From an uncultured delta proteobacterium (GTDB taxonomy: Bacteria; Myxococcota; Myxococcia; Myxococcales; Myxococcaceae): DNA of 64,000 bases. The stretch is taken from assembly GCA_963771175.1 (NCBI GenBank), contig CAVYSY010000032.1, positions 288,001 through 352,000 of the forward strand. The letters run 5' to 3'. Both the position numbers and the translations under genes were made by a program. This document shows, in pieces, positions 1-8,351 of the stretch. How positions within the stretch are numbered: position 1 is the stretch's first letter; each line of letters starts with the position of its first letter. Below the pieces are notes generated by a model that did no database searches, was not told the DNA's origin, and saw nothing but the letters and a program-made list of their open reading frames with translations.

Positions 1-20
1 ACCCTCCCCAGCGCTCCCTT

Positions 21-1370
21 TCAGCGCGTTTCGGTGCTGGATTTCACGGGCGCTCGCGCGGCGTTGTTGGCCAGGCTGTTCAAGTAGTTCAGCGCCATCT
101 TGAGCTGATGGTCCGTCAGCTTCGCCGTCACGTCCCAGTCCCGCAGGCCCTCGGGCAGTCCCTTCAGCTTCGCAACCTCGGGGGTCTCGCTCACCACCGT
201 GGGCTCCGCCTTGAAGTGCCGCTGCAGGTCCTTCTCCCGAGGCACGTCCTTCTCCCCCTTCCCTCCCGGCTTCTCCGGCACCCAATAGTCCGGCGTGATG
301 CCCTTCTCCTGGATGCTCCGCCCCTTCGGCGTGTAGTAGCGCGCGATCGTCAGCTTCAGCCCCGAGCCGTCCTCCAGCTCGATGACCGTCTGCACGCTCC
401 CCTTCCCGAAGGTCTGCGTGCCCAGGATGGTCGCGCGACCGTGGTCCTGCAGCGCTCCCGCGACGATCTCCGAGGCCGAGGCGCTCCCCGCGTTCACCAG
501 CACCACCAACGGGTACTCCGGCTCCGTGTCCCGGTCCTTGCTCCGCTCCTCGGCCCCGGTGCTCCCGTTGCGCCCGCGCGTGCTCACGATGGGCAGGTTC
601 CCCGGCAGCCACAGGTCGCTCATCGCCACCGCCTGGTCCAGCAGCCCGCCCGGGTTGTTGCGCAGATCCAACACCACCCCGCGCAACGGCTTGCCCCCGT
701 TCAATCCGCGCAGTCGCTCCAGCTCCTTGCGCAGGTACAGGTCCGTGCGGTCCTGGAAGTTCTTCACCTTCAGGTAGGCAATCCCTCCGTACAGCGCGCC
801 CTCCACCGAGATGATGCGGATGTGGTCCCGGATGATGGCCAGCTCACGCGGCGCGCTGAAGCCCTCGCGCATGATGGTCAGCAGCACCCGCTTGCCCGCG
901 GGGCCTCGCATCCGCTGCAGCACGTCCGACAGGTCCATCCCCTGCGTGCTCGCGCCGTCGATGGCGACGAGCTCATCCCCCGCCCGGATGCCCGCGCGCG
1001 CCGCCGGAGTGTCGTCGATGGGCGCCACCACCACGATGCCGTCGCCCTTGCGCGCCACCTCGATGCCCAACCCTCCGAACTCGCCGGAGGTGTCGATCTT
1101 CATCTCCTTGTAGACCTCGGGCGGCATGAAGACGGTGTGCGGATCCAACGTCTCCAGCATCCCCTTGATGGCGCCGTGCATCAGCTTCTGGCTGTCCACC
1201 GACTCCACGTAGTTGTTCTCCACGTACGAGAGCACCCGAGCGAACACCTCGAGCTGCTCGTAGGTGGTGGTGCGGGTGGTGGAGGGCTCGCGTTCATCGG
1301 CCCGCGCCGCGGGAGCCAGGAGCAGCAGGCCCGCGGCGAAGGCCGCGCGCCAGGAGTGCAGGGAGCGCAT
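21..1370 (-). CDS. ctpA: S41A carboxy-terminal processing protease (signal peptide, PDZ, S41 catalytic domain)
   Basis: Motifs GEFGGLGIEV, DLRNNPGGLL, SASASEIVAGALQD, TFGKGSVQ; start taken at MRSLHSW (ATG 1370), followed by a signal peptide. Confidence 0.93.
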   Translation of the reverse strand: MRSLHSWRAAFAAGLLLLAPAARADEREPSTTRTTTYEQLEVFARVLSYVENNYVESVDSQKLMHGAIKGMLETLDPHTVFMPPEVYKEMKIDTSGEFGGLGIEVARKGDGIVVVAPIDDTPAARAGIRAGDELVAIDGASTQGMDLSDVLQRMRGPAGKRVLLTIMREGFSAPRELAIIRDHIRIISVEGALYGGIAYLKVKNFQDRTDLYLRKELERLRGLNGGKPLRGVVLDLRNNPGGLLDQAVAMSDLWLPGNLPIVSTRGRNGSTGAEERSKDRDTEPEYPLVVLVNAGSASASEIVAGALQDHGRATILGTQTFGKGSVQTVIELEDGSGLKLTIARYYTPKGRSIQEKGITPDYWVPEKPGGKGEKDVPREKDLQRHFKAEPTVVSETPEVAKLKGLPEGLRDWDVTAKLTDHQLKMALNYLNSLANNAARAPVKSSTETR

Positions 1371-1534
1371 GTAGGTCGAGGGTCCTTTCCCCGAAAGACC
1401 GCGCCCCGACTCTAGCACCCGGCCCGCGCCCCGGTCCCGCTACAAGCCGGGTGGCTTCCGCGAACTGCGCCGGTTTCGACAGCAGCTCGCCAGGCTGCTC
1501 CTCGTGCGGGAGGTGGAAGACGAGCCTGCCAGCA

Positions 1535-2017
1535 TCAAACAGGTGACCTGAATTTTTCGAGCAACCGCTGCGCTTGCTCCTGGCTGAAGACCGTGACGCG
1601 CTTGGAGGACAGCACCTTCTTGAGCAACCGCGTCGCCATGCGGCTGTCTTCCAGGGGGCCGGCGTAGAGCTTCGCCAGTTCGAGCAGGGCATCCTCATTG
1701 CCGAGAGCGATGGCCTTCTCGAACCAGCGCAGGGCGAGCCTCGGCCGCCCTTCATCTCGAAAGACGGTGCCGATGTTGTTCGCTGCCGCCGGATCTCCTC
1801 GACGGGCCGCCTTCCGGTACCAGTGCAGCGCCTTGAGGCGAGACCGTCTGACTCCAGTCCCGGTGTCGAAGAGGTACCCCAGGTTGGACTGCGCCTCCAG
1901 GTGTCCGGCCCTGGCGGCCGCCGAGAAGAGACGGAACGCTTCGCGCGCCCGCCCCTCATCCAGGAGCCTACAGGCCCGCGAGAACTGCTCCTCGGTGGAG
2001 GTGTGTTCTCTCACCAC
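1535..2017 (-). CDS. Sel1-like repeat (SLR/TPR) protein
   Basis: AQSNLGYLFDTGTGV..KALHWYRKAARRGDPAAANNIG; ALRWFEKAIALGNEDALLELAKLY. Confidence 0.85.
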   Translation of the reverse strand: MVREHTSTEEQFSRACRLLDEGRAREAFRLFSAAARAGHLEAQSNLGYLFDTGTGVRRSRLKALHWYRKAARRGDPAAANNIGTVFRDEGRPRLALRWFEKAIALGNEDALLELAKLYAGPLEDSRMATRLLKKVLSSKRVTVFSQEQAQRLLEKFRSPV

Positions 2018-2176
2018 GTATCACCTCGGGTTCCTCCCCAATGCTGAAGAATACGCGGAACGCAGGTCTTCGGCGAAGAGCGCCTGCTCGGGCTCGGAAC
2101 CAGCTGTCAAAGGATTCGTTCCGCCGGGCTACGATGGCGGCGACCCATTGGGTCCACCACTTCCCAGGAACCAACC

Positions 2177-2935
2177 ATGCGCATCCTCTCCGCATTGACG
2201 CTGCTGCTGCTCTCCACCCCGACGCTCGCCGAGGAGACCCGCGTGGTGGTGCGGGCCCGCGCCCATGACGGCAAGTTCGTGGGCACCTCCATGGGCGGTG
2301 CCCAGGTGGTGCTCCGCGATGCCGAAACCGGCCAGGAGCTCGCCCGCGGCGTCACCGCTGGCACCACCGGCGACACCCAGCGGCTGATGAAGCAGCCGCA
2401 CGCCCGCGGCATGCAGCTCGCCGATGAGAAGAGCGCGAAGTTCGAGACGACGCTCGAGCTCGACGAGCCCCGACTGGTAACGGTGGAGGTGTCCGGCCCC
2501 GAGGCCCAGCGGCAGTCCCGCATCACCAGCTCCACCCAGGTCTGGATGATTCCGGGCAAGCACCTCACTGGCGACGGCATCATCCTGGAGCTTCCGGGCT
2601 TCGTGGTGGATGCGCTCGAGCCCCGAGCCCACGAATTCATCAAGCTCGACGGCAAGAAGCAGAACGTCCCCGTCCGGGCCAACCTCGTGCTGATGTGCGG
2701 CTGCCCCACCGAGCCGGGTGGCCTCTGGGACTCCAGCAAGTACGAGCTGCGGGCCGTGGTGAAGCGCGACGGCAAGCCCTTCACCACCGTGCCCCTCACC
2801 TACGCCGGGAAGACGAGCGCCTACGAGGGCCAGATTCCCGTCCAGGAGAAGGGGGCCTACGAGGTCCTCGTCACCGCGTACGACCCGAATACCGGCAACA
2901 CCGGCGTGGACCGCACCACCTTCCTCGTCGAGTAG
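2177..2935 (+). CDS. Secreted hypothetical protein, beta-rich, with a CGCP motif
   Basis: Signal peptide MRILSALTLLLLSTPTLA, AGGA RBS, GC3-biased codons. Confidence 0.8.
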   Translation: MRILSALTLLLLSTPTLAEETRVVVRARAHDGKFVGTSMGGAQVVLRDAETGQELARGVTAGTTGDTQRLMKQPHARGMQLADEKSAKFETTLELDEPRLVTVEVSGPEAQRQSRITSSTQVWMIPGKHLTGDGIILELPGFVVDALEPRAHEFIKLDGKKQNVPVRANLVLMCGCPTEPGGLWDSSKYELRAVVKRDGKPFTTVPLTYAGKTSAYEGQIPVQEKGAYEVLVTAYDPNTGNTGVDRTTFLVE

Positions 2936-3837
2936 CCGTCTACTCCACCTGCGAGCTCGCTCGGGATGGAGGCGTGGAGCTCCAAGCGCTTCCCCGTGAG
3001 CGGATGCACGAAGCACAACCGCTCCGCGTGCAGCAGGTAGCCGGTATCCCCGAGCAGTCCCGGATGCTCGGCGCGCGGCACGCCTCCCACGGCATAGACG
3101 GGATCTCCTTCGAGCGGATGCCCGATGAAGGCCAGGTGGATGCGGATCTGCTGGGAGCGACCCGTCTGGATGTCCACCTCGAAGAGGGTGCTCGCCGCGC
3201 GCCGCTGGAGCACTCGCGCCAGGCTCCGGGACGCCTTCCCGCCTGGAGTCGCCATGGGGACCATGCCCATGCCCGGATGCACCGCCTCGCCGATGGGCGC
3301 GGTGATGTCGTAGAAGTCCTGGGTGGCCACGTGGCTCGCCAGGGCCCGGTAGCGCTTCTCCACCTCGTGCTCGCGCCAGGCGCGGGACAGCTTCGCCGCC
3401 GCGTCGTGCGTGCGCGCGAAGAGCACGAGGCCCGAGGTGCCGCGTCCCAGCCGATGCAGGGGGCTCGCCTCCGGGAAGCGCTCCCGCACGAGGTTGAGCA
3501 GGGTGTTCACGAGGAAGCCTCCACCCGGCATCGTGGGCAGGCCTCCCGGTTTGATGACCGCCAGGATCGCCTCGTCCTCGTGCACGAGTGAGTAGTCTCG
3601 CGGCGTCTCCTTCTCTTCCCAGGGCGGCCGGTTCCAGACGAGCCACTGGCCGGCTTTCAGACGCTCCTCACCCGTCGCGGCGATGTCATCCAACAGGACC
3701 TCGCCCCGGGCGAGCCGCTCCCGCCACACCGCGCTCGGGGAGTGCCTGTAGGCGTCGACCAGATAGGAGAGCGTGCTCTGTCCCCGCGCCCGGGCGCCCA
3801 GCTGCTCGCGGTAGGCATAGCCCGTATTGAGTGCCAT
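2857..3837 (-). CDS. RluA-family RNA pseudouridine synthase
   Basis: KPGGLPTMP, HRLGRGTSG (canonical motif HRLD), TGRSQQIRIHL, LHAERL; start MALNTGY. Confidence 0.85.
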   Translation of the reverse strand: MALNTGYAYREQLGARARGQSTLSYLVDAYRHSPSAVWRERLARGEVLLDDIAATGEERLKAGQWLVWNRPPWEEKETPRDYSLVHEDEAILAVIKPGGLPTMPGGGFLVNTLLNLVRERFPEASPLHRLGRGTSGLVLFARTHDAAAKLSRAWREHEVEKRYRALASHVATQDFYDITAPIGEAVHPGMGMVPMATPGGKASRSLARVLQRRAASTLFEVDIQTGRSQQIRIHLAFIGHPLEGDPVYAVGGVPRAEHPGLLGDTGYLLHAERLCFVHPLTGKRLELHASIPSELAGGVDGYSTRKVVRSTPVLPVFGSYAVTRTS

Positions 3838-4058
3838 GCCGCTACCCCCTCTCGAAGAGGCGGAAGAAGTCCCAGGGGGCGCGCTTCTTGCGCGGACAGC
3901 GCGTGGCATCTCCTGCTCGTAACACCGTCACCTCGCACTGCTCGGGGGGCTGGATCATCCCACGCGGGGCGCGGACCTTCCAGGCCCCAGAGCTCGTGAC
4001 CCGAACCGCGGCCCTGGCAGGCTGCGCCCCAAGTAGGCTGCACGAAGGGCCCAGCGCA

Positions 4059-5846
4059 TCAAGAGCTGGCGTGACCGAAGCGGGTGGCGTCCTCCGTGTT
4101 CTCGATGGTGATGCCCAGTTCATCCCGGAGCACCTCCATCAAGTCAGGCCGCAAGCGGATGGTGCCCTGGCGCAAGCGGTGATTGAGCGAGAGATCCGCA
4201 CTGGAGAGTCTCCGTGCCGGGTGGGAGCGCTGGAGCAACGCATTGATCTGGCGCTGAGCACCTTCCAGGACGCGAAGCGCTGAACGCTCGATCGCCAGGA
4301 ACTCCGCGACGGCGTCCGCCACGGCGTCGAGGACGTCTCTCCGGGCCCCCGAGGGAGAGCCCGCGCGCGAGTGGATCAACTCCCGGAGTCGCAGGCGGGC
4401 ATTCCCATCCACCTCATCCCTCGTGGGGGTGAACGCGTCCCGCAGATGAAGCAGCGAGTCCTCTCGGAAACCCCTCAGGCCGCGCTGGACGCGCGCGTAC
4501 AGCTCGCTGTAGGCGGCCTCGGCCCAGACTCGCGGGGCGGAGTGGTGCAATCCAGAGTTCATCAGGATCATCTGCCAATCGCGCTCGACATGCTCGCGCA
4601 GCCGGCCCAGGACGCCACCCGGCTCATCCTCCACCTCGAGAAGCGCCGCGTGAATCATTTCGTAGGCGCGGCACATATAGCTCCAACGGTTGGACTGGAC
4701 AGCATAGAGCTGGAGCCCGAGCAGCCCGTAATCCATCGCCGCGGGGATCTCCGCATCCCACGCCGCCGTGGGGATGGGAGCACCCGTCACGGGCTTGCCA
4801 TCCATCAGCGTCGCGAGGAACTCCTCCACCATGTGCGGGGGACCGGCGCAGACGCCGCGAGTCGACAGGAAGTGGTTGCCCTGTTCGGTGTAGCGGTACA
4901 GCTCGGCCGCCGTGATGGGCGTGTCGTACGTAATCGAACTCTCCAGGAGCAGGAGCAGATAGGACGCCATCATCCGCACGCCGTCCGTCACCCGGAACAT
5001 GGAGGACAGCACGGGATCCAGCGTGCCGTTGGGGACGGGGGCGTTCGCGCGCATCAGCAACAGGCTCGGCAGGGCCAGCACGGCACAGGACAGGGCGTGA
5101 AGATCCCCCAGCCGCCAGCGCCCGTCTGGGAGCAGGGGATGGCGGCGCAGGAACTCCTCGCGAACCGCGAGCACCCCCCGCAGCACGGGCTTCCAGTGCC
5201 GCGTCATCGACTTGAGCGCCGTCACGTTCATCGGCGCCTCGTCCCGATAGCGGCTGCCCGGATAGGGACACACCCGCCACTCCGTCGGAAGCTTCATGCG
5301 CATGGCGTCGGGGAAGACGTTCATCTCCCCGACATGGCGTCCCTCCGCGTCGAGCGCCGGGTGGGCGATGCGATGCACCGGGATCACCGTTTCGAGGAAG
5401 CCCAACTCCAGCGGCCGCCCCTCCAACCGCTCCATCACCTGAGGACAATCCGGGTTCCACCACAGGGGCTCGCTGGGGGCTTCCCGCCGAGCCTCGGCCT
5501 CCAGGAATCTTTGATGCGAGTGACTCTCGGAAGGTGGCTTCGGGGCCTCGCGCGAGAGGATGCCCTCGGCCAACAGGGCCTCGAGCAACTCCCTCACGCG
5601 CTCCCAGGGGTAGGGCTCACCCGAGCTCCACCCGGTGGCGCTGGCCGCCATGAACTGGTCCTGCGTGAGCAGCGTCTCGCCAAAGGAGAGCAGGTCCGGC
5701 TCATCGAGCGTGATCTCCTTGACGCCAAAGAAGATGTGCAGCTCCCTGTTTCCCTCGGGGGTGGTCACGTACTCGCGCGTGGAGCGACGCCTCAGGGGCA
5801 AGTACAGCGTCTCATGGGGATCAACCGACACGGCTTCCTGACTCAT
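4059..5846 (-). CDS. 595-aa hypothetical protein with a putative N-terminal RRE/PqqD-like winged helix; candidate RiPP-modifying enzyme
   Basis: Intact long ORF with AGGAG RBS. Residues ~20-100 read as three strands then three helices ending WERVRELLEALLAEGILSRE. Function is inference. Confidence 0.75.
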   Translation of the reverse strand: MSQEAVSVDPHETLYLPLRRRSTREYVTTPEGNRELHIFFGVKEITLDEPDLLSFGETLLTQDQFMAASATGWSSGEPYPWERVRELLEALLAEGILSREAPKPPSESHSHQRFLEAEARREAPSEPLWWNPDCPQVMERLEGRPLELGFLETVIPVHRIAHPALDAEGRHVGEMNVFPDAMRMKLPTEWRVCPYPGSRYRDEAPMNVTALKSMTRHWKPVLRGVLAVREEFLRRHPLLPDGRWRLGDLHALSCAVLALPSLLLMRANAPVPNGTLDPVLSSMFRVTDGVRMMASYLLLLLESSITYDTPITAAELYRYTEQGNHFLSTRGVCAGPPHMVEEFLATLMDGKPVTGAPIPTAAWDAEIPAAMDYGLLGLQLYAVQSNRWSYMCRAYEMIHAALLEVEDEPGGVLGRLREHVERDWQMILMNSGLHHSAPRVWAEAAYSELYARVQRGLRGFREDSLLHLRDAFTPTRDEVDGNARLRLRELIHSRAGSPSGARRDVLDAVADAVAEFLAIERSALRVLEGAQRQINALLQRSHPARRLSSADLSLNHRLRQGTIRLRPDLMEVLRDELGITIENTEDATRFGHASS

Positions 5847-5943
5847 GCGAGGGCTCCTGGGAGCAAGCCCGGGATGTTCAGGCGCGGAGGGGCTGCTCCA
5901 TACGGGTGGGGTTCTCCTTTGGGCTGAGCACTGGGCGCGGCCT

Positions 5944-5959
5944 TGTGATTCGCGTCACT
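5944..5959. promoter_or_regulatory. CRP/FNR-family-like palindromic site TGTGA-N6-TCACT
   Basis: tgtga ttcgcg tcact: one mismatch from TGTGA-N6-TCACA, about 100 bp upstream of the 595-aa gene. Confidence 0.4.
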
Positions 5960-5997
5960 TCCGGACGTCCTGCTGGGAGGACAAGCGGGCTGCCCAC

Positions 5998-6042
5998 AAA
6001 AACACAGTCGCCAGCAGGCGGCGCACCGCCCACTGGCGACTG
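5998..6042 (-). terminator. Intrinsic terminator / stabilising hairpin after the small peptide gene
   Basis: cagtcgccag (6005-6014) pairs with ctggcgactg (6033-6042); inner ggcgg/ccgcc stem; followed by TGTTTTT on the minus strand. Confidence 0.75.
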
Positions 6043-6065
6043 GAATCCAACGCGTCTGCGTCTAC

Positions 6066-6155
6066 CTACGCCAGCTGGTAGCTGCGGCAACCGCCGCCGA
6101 GGCTGATCGTATAAACGCTGGCCAGACCGCCACGAATGTTGGTCTTGATCTTCAT
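6066..6155 (-). CDS. 29-aa peptide MKIKTNIRGGLASVYTISLGGGCRSYQLA; putative RiPP precursor
   Basis: Translated by hand (too short for the ORF track). GAGGAG RBS 7 nt before the ATG, TAG stop, terminator downstream, leader-like segment ending in GG. Confidence 0.8.
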   Translation of the reverse strand: MKIKTNIRGGLASVYTISLGGGCRSYQLA

Positions 6156-6305
6156 GTGCTCGCTCCTCGTTCGTACTGCGTTTCATCCGGACTGAGTACG
6201 GAGCGACGCGTTTGTGCTTCTGCTTCGAGTTCTTTTCGACAGGCCTGCCAGGAGGACGAGCAGGCAGCCCTGTCGGAGCAGTGAAGTGGGCCCCCCCAGG
6301 CTCCC

Positions 6306-7166
6306 CTACAGCCCGGAGGCGTCCGCGAACTGGAGCAGTTCCGACAGCAGCTCGTCTGGCCGTTCCACATGCGGAATGTGGCCGAAGCCATCCACCACCC
6401 TCACCCGCGCATGGCCCGGCAGGTGCGAGCGGAAGAAATCCAGGCTCTGGAGGGGCAGCAACTTCTCACTCCCGCCCCACACGAACAGCACCGGCATGGC
6501 GAGCGCCTTGAGCACCTCGGGCTTGAGGTACTCGCCCGTGGCCAGCGCGTCCTCGCTTAGCGCGCGCACCGCGGGGGTGGCGTAGATGCCGCGCACCATG
6601 TCGGCGAACAGCATCATCAGCCAGGGCGGACGGTGGAAGAGGCGCCGGGTGAGCGCGCGAGACTGTTCGGCAGTGCGCACATTCATGGCCTCCAGCACCT
6701 CGCGGATGGGCTCGTGCCCCACATCCGCTCCCGCCGGCGCCACCAGCCCCAGGGCCTTCACCAACTCCGGGTGCTCCGCCGAGAGCTGCACCGACATGGC
6801 CCCGCCCAGCGAGTTGCCCACCACGAAGGCCGGCCCGCCCACCACCTTCCGGCAGTACTCCACCAGCATGTCGTACTGGCCGCGCACGCACGTCGGCCCG
6901 AGGCAGTACTCCGGCGAGAAGCCATGCCCCGGCAGGTCCACCGCCAGCACCCTCTCGAAGCGCTTGGAAAGCCCGAAGAAGAGGCGCGCGAAGCCGTTGG
7001 CCGCTCCGCCCAGCCCGTGCACCAGCAGCACCGGCGGACCCTTGCCGCTCCCCTTCAGCTCGTAGTGGTGGAGCGGCTGACCGGCCACGTCCACCAGCGC
7101 CGACCGCACCCCGCGCGCCACCAGCATGCGGCGGGTCATCTCTTGGAGGCCTGAAATGAGATCCAC
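6306..7166 (-). CDS. Alpha/beta-fold hydrolase
   Basis: LLVHGLGG, DLPGHG, GNSLGG nucleophile elbow, GHIPHVE; start uncertain (GTG 7166 or upstream). Confidence 0.88.
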   Translation of the reverse strand: MDLISGLQEMTRRMLVARGVRSALVDVAGQPLHHYELKGSGKGPPVLLVHGLGGAANGFARLFFGLSKRFERVLAVDLPGHGFSPEYCLGPTCVRGQYDMLVEYCRKVVGGPAFVVGNSLGGAMSVQLSAEHPELVKALGLVAPAGADVGHEPIREVLEAMNVRTAEQSRALTRRLFHRPPWLMMLFADMVRGIYATPAVRALSEDALATGEYLKPEVLKALAMPVLFVWGGSEKLLPLQSLDFFRSHLPGHARVRVVDGFGHIPHVERPDELLSELLQFADASGL

Positions 7167-7205
7167 GGCCTGGAGATTAATCATCCCCATGCCGCACCGC
7201 ATCAA

Positions 7206-8351
7206 TTAGCGCGCGGCAGCCAGCCAGGGGGCCGGATCCACGGCCTGCCCGGCCCGGCGAATCTCGAAATACAGGTAGGCGCCCTTGAGGGAGCCCGTGT
7301 CACCCACCTCGCCCACCACCTCGCCGGCCGTCACCTGGGCTCCCACCTGGGGAGTGACGGAGGCCAGGTGCGCCACCAGCGAGTGGTAGCCGCCCCCATG
7401 GTCCAGGATGAGCAGGTTGCCGTAGCCGCGCAGCCAGCCCGCATAGGCCACGGTGCCCTCCGCCACCGCCTTCACCGGCGTGCCCACGGGCGCGCGGATG
7501 TCCACGCCCTTCTGCACGGTGACGGTGTTGAAGCGCGGGTTCACCACCTTGCCGAAGCCCACCTCGATGACGCCCGGCGCGGGGAACGGCAGCTTGCCCT
7601 TGAGCGCCCCGAAGCCGGATGTGGCCGGGCCCTCGTTCAGGTCCTGGATGACGCGGCTGAGGTCCGCGTCCGCCAGCTCCAGCTCGCGCACCATGCGCCG
7701 CGCCAGCTCGGCCTCGCCCTTGATGGCGCCCACCACCTCCTCCAGCGCCTCCTGCTGCGCCTTCGCCAGCCCCGCCTGCTCCCGCAGGAAGCCGAGCCGC
7801 ACGTCCAGCGAGCCCTGCAGTCGACGCAGCTCGGCCGCCGCCTGGCGCCGCAGTCGCGCCACCCGCTGCACCGTGCGCAGCAGCCGCAGGTCCTCCTCCA
7901 GCGTCGCCCGCAGCGCCCGCGAGCGCCACACCATGGCGGAGAAGTCCCTCGCGCTCAGCAGCACCTCCAGGGGCCGGCGCCGCATCATCCGGTACATGCC
8001 CCACAGCCGCGGCGACAGCCGGCGCATCTGCGTGCGCAGCATCTGCTGCGTCAACGCGTCCTCCTGCTCGGCCACGGCCAGCCGCTTGCGGAAGACGGCC
8101 AGGTCCCGCTCCAGCACCTTCACCCGCTGCGAGCTGGTGGCCGCCCGCTGCTCCACCATCTCCAGCACCTCGAGCGCGGACACCTTGCGCGACTCGATGA
8201 GCGCGAGCGCCGCCCGCTGCGTGGCCAGCCTCTCGCGGATGGCCGCCTGCTGCGACGCCTCGTCCAGCGCGGACGGCTGCGCCTCGGCCCCGTCCTGCGC
8301 GAGGGCCGCCGCACCACACAGCAGCAGTGAGAGGAGGACGAGCCGGCTCAT
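7206..8351 (-). CDS. envC: Murein hydrolase activator EnvC (coiled coil + degenerate M23 domain)
   Basis: Signal peptide, coiled coil, KGVDIRAP..GYGNLLILDHG..YLYFEIRR; follows ftsX. Confidence 0.88.
   Translation of the reverse strand: MSRLVLLSLLLCGAAALAQDGAEAQPSALDEASQQAAIRERLATQRAALALIESRKVSALEVLEMVEQRAATSSQRVKVLERDLAVFRKRLAVAEQEDALTQQMLRTQMRRLSPRLWGMYRMMRRRPLEVLLSARDFSAMVWRSRALRATLEEDLRLLRTVQRVARLRRQAAAELRRLQGSLDVRLGFLREQAGLAKAQQEALEEVVGAIKGEAELARRMVRELELADADLSRVIQDLNEGPATSGFGALKGKLPFPAPGVIEVGFGKVVNPRFNTVTVQKGVDIRAPVGTPVKAVAEGTVAYAGWLRGYGNLLILDHGGGYHSLVAHLASVTPQVGAQVTAGEVVGEVGDTGSLKGAYLYFEIRRAGQAVDPAPWLAAAR

Noticed and set aside
6306..7166. Alpha/beta hydrolase (or CtpA) as the dedicated RiPP leader peptidase
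   Set aside because: Both appear to belong to the ftsEX-envC gene string; adjacency is the only link.
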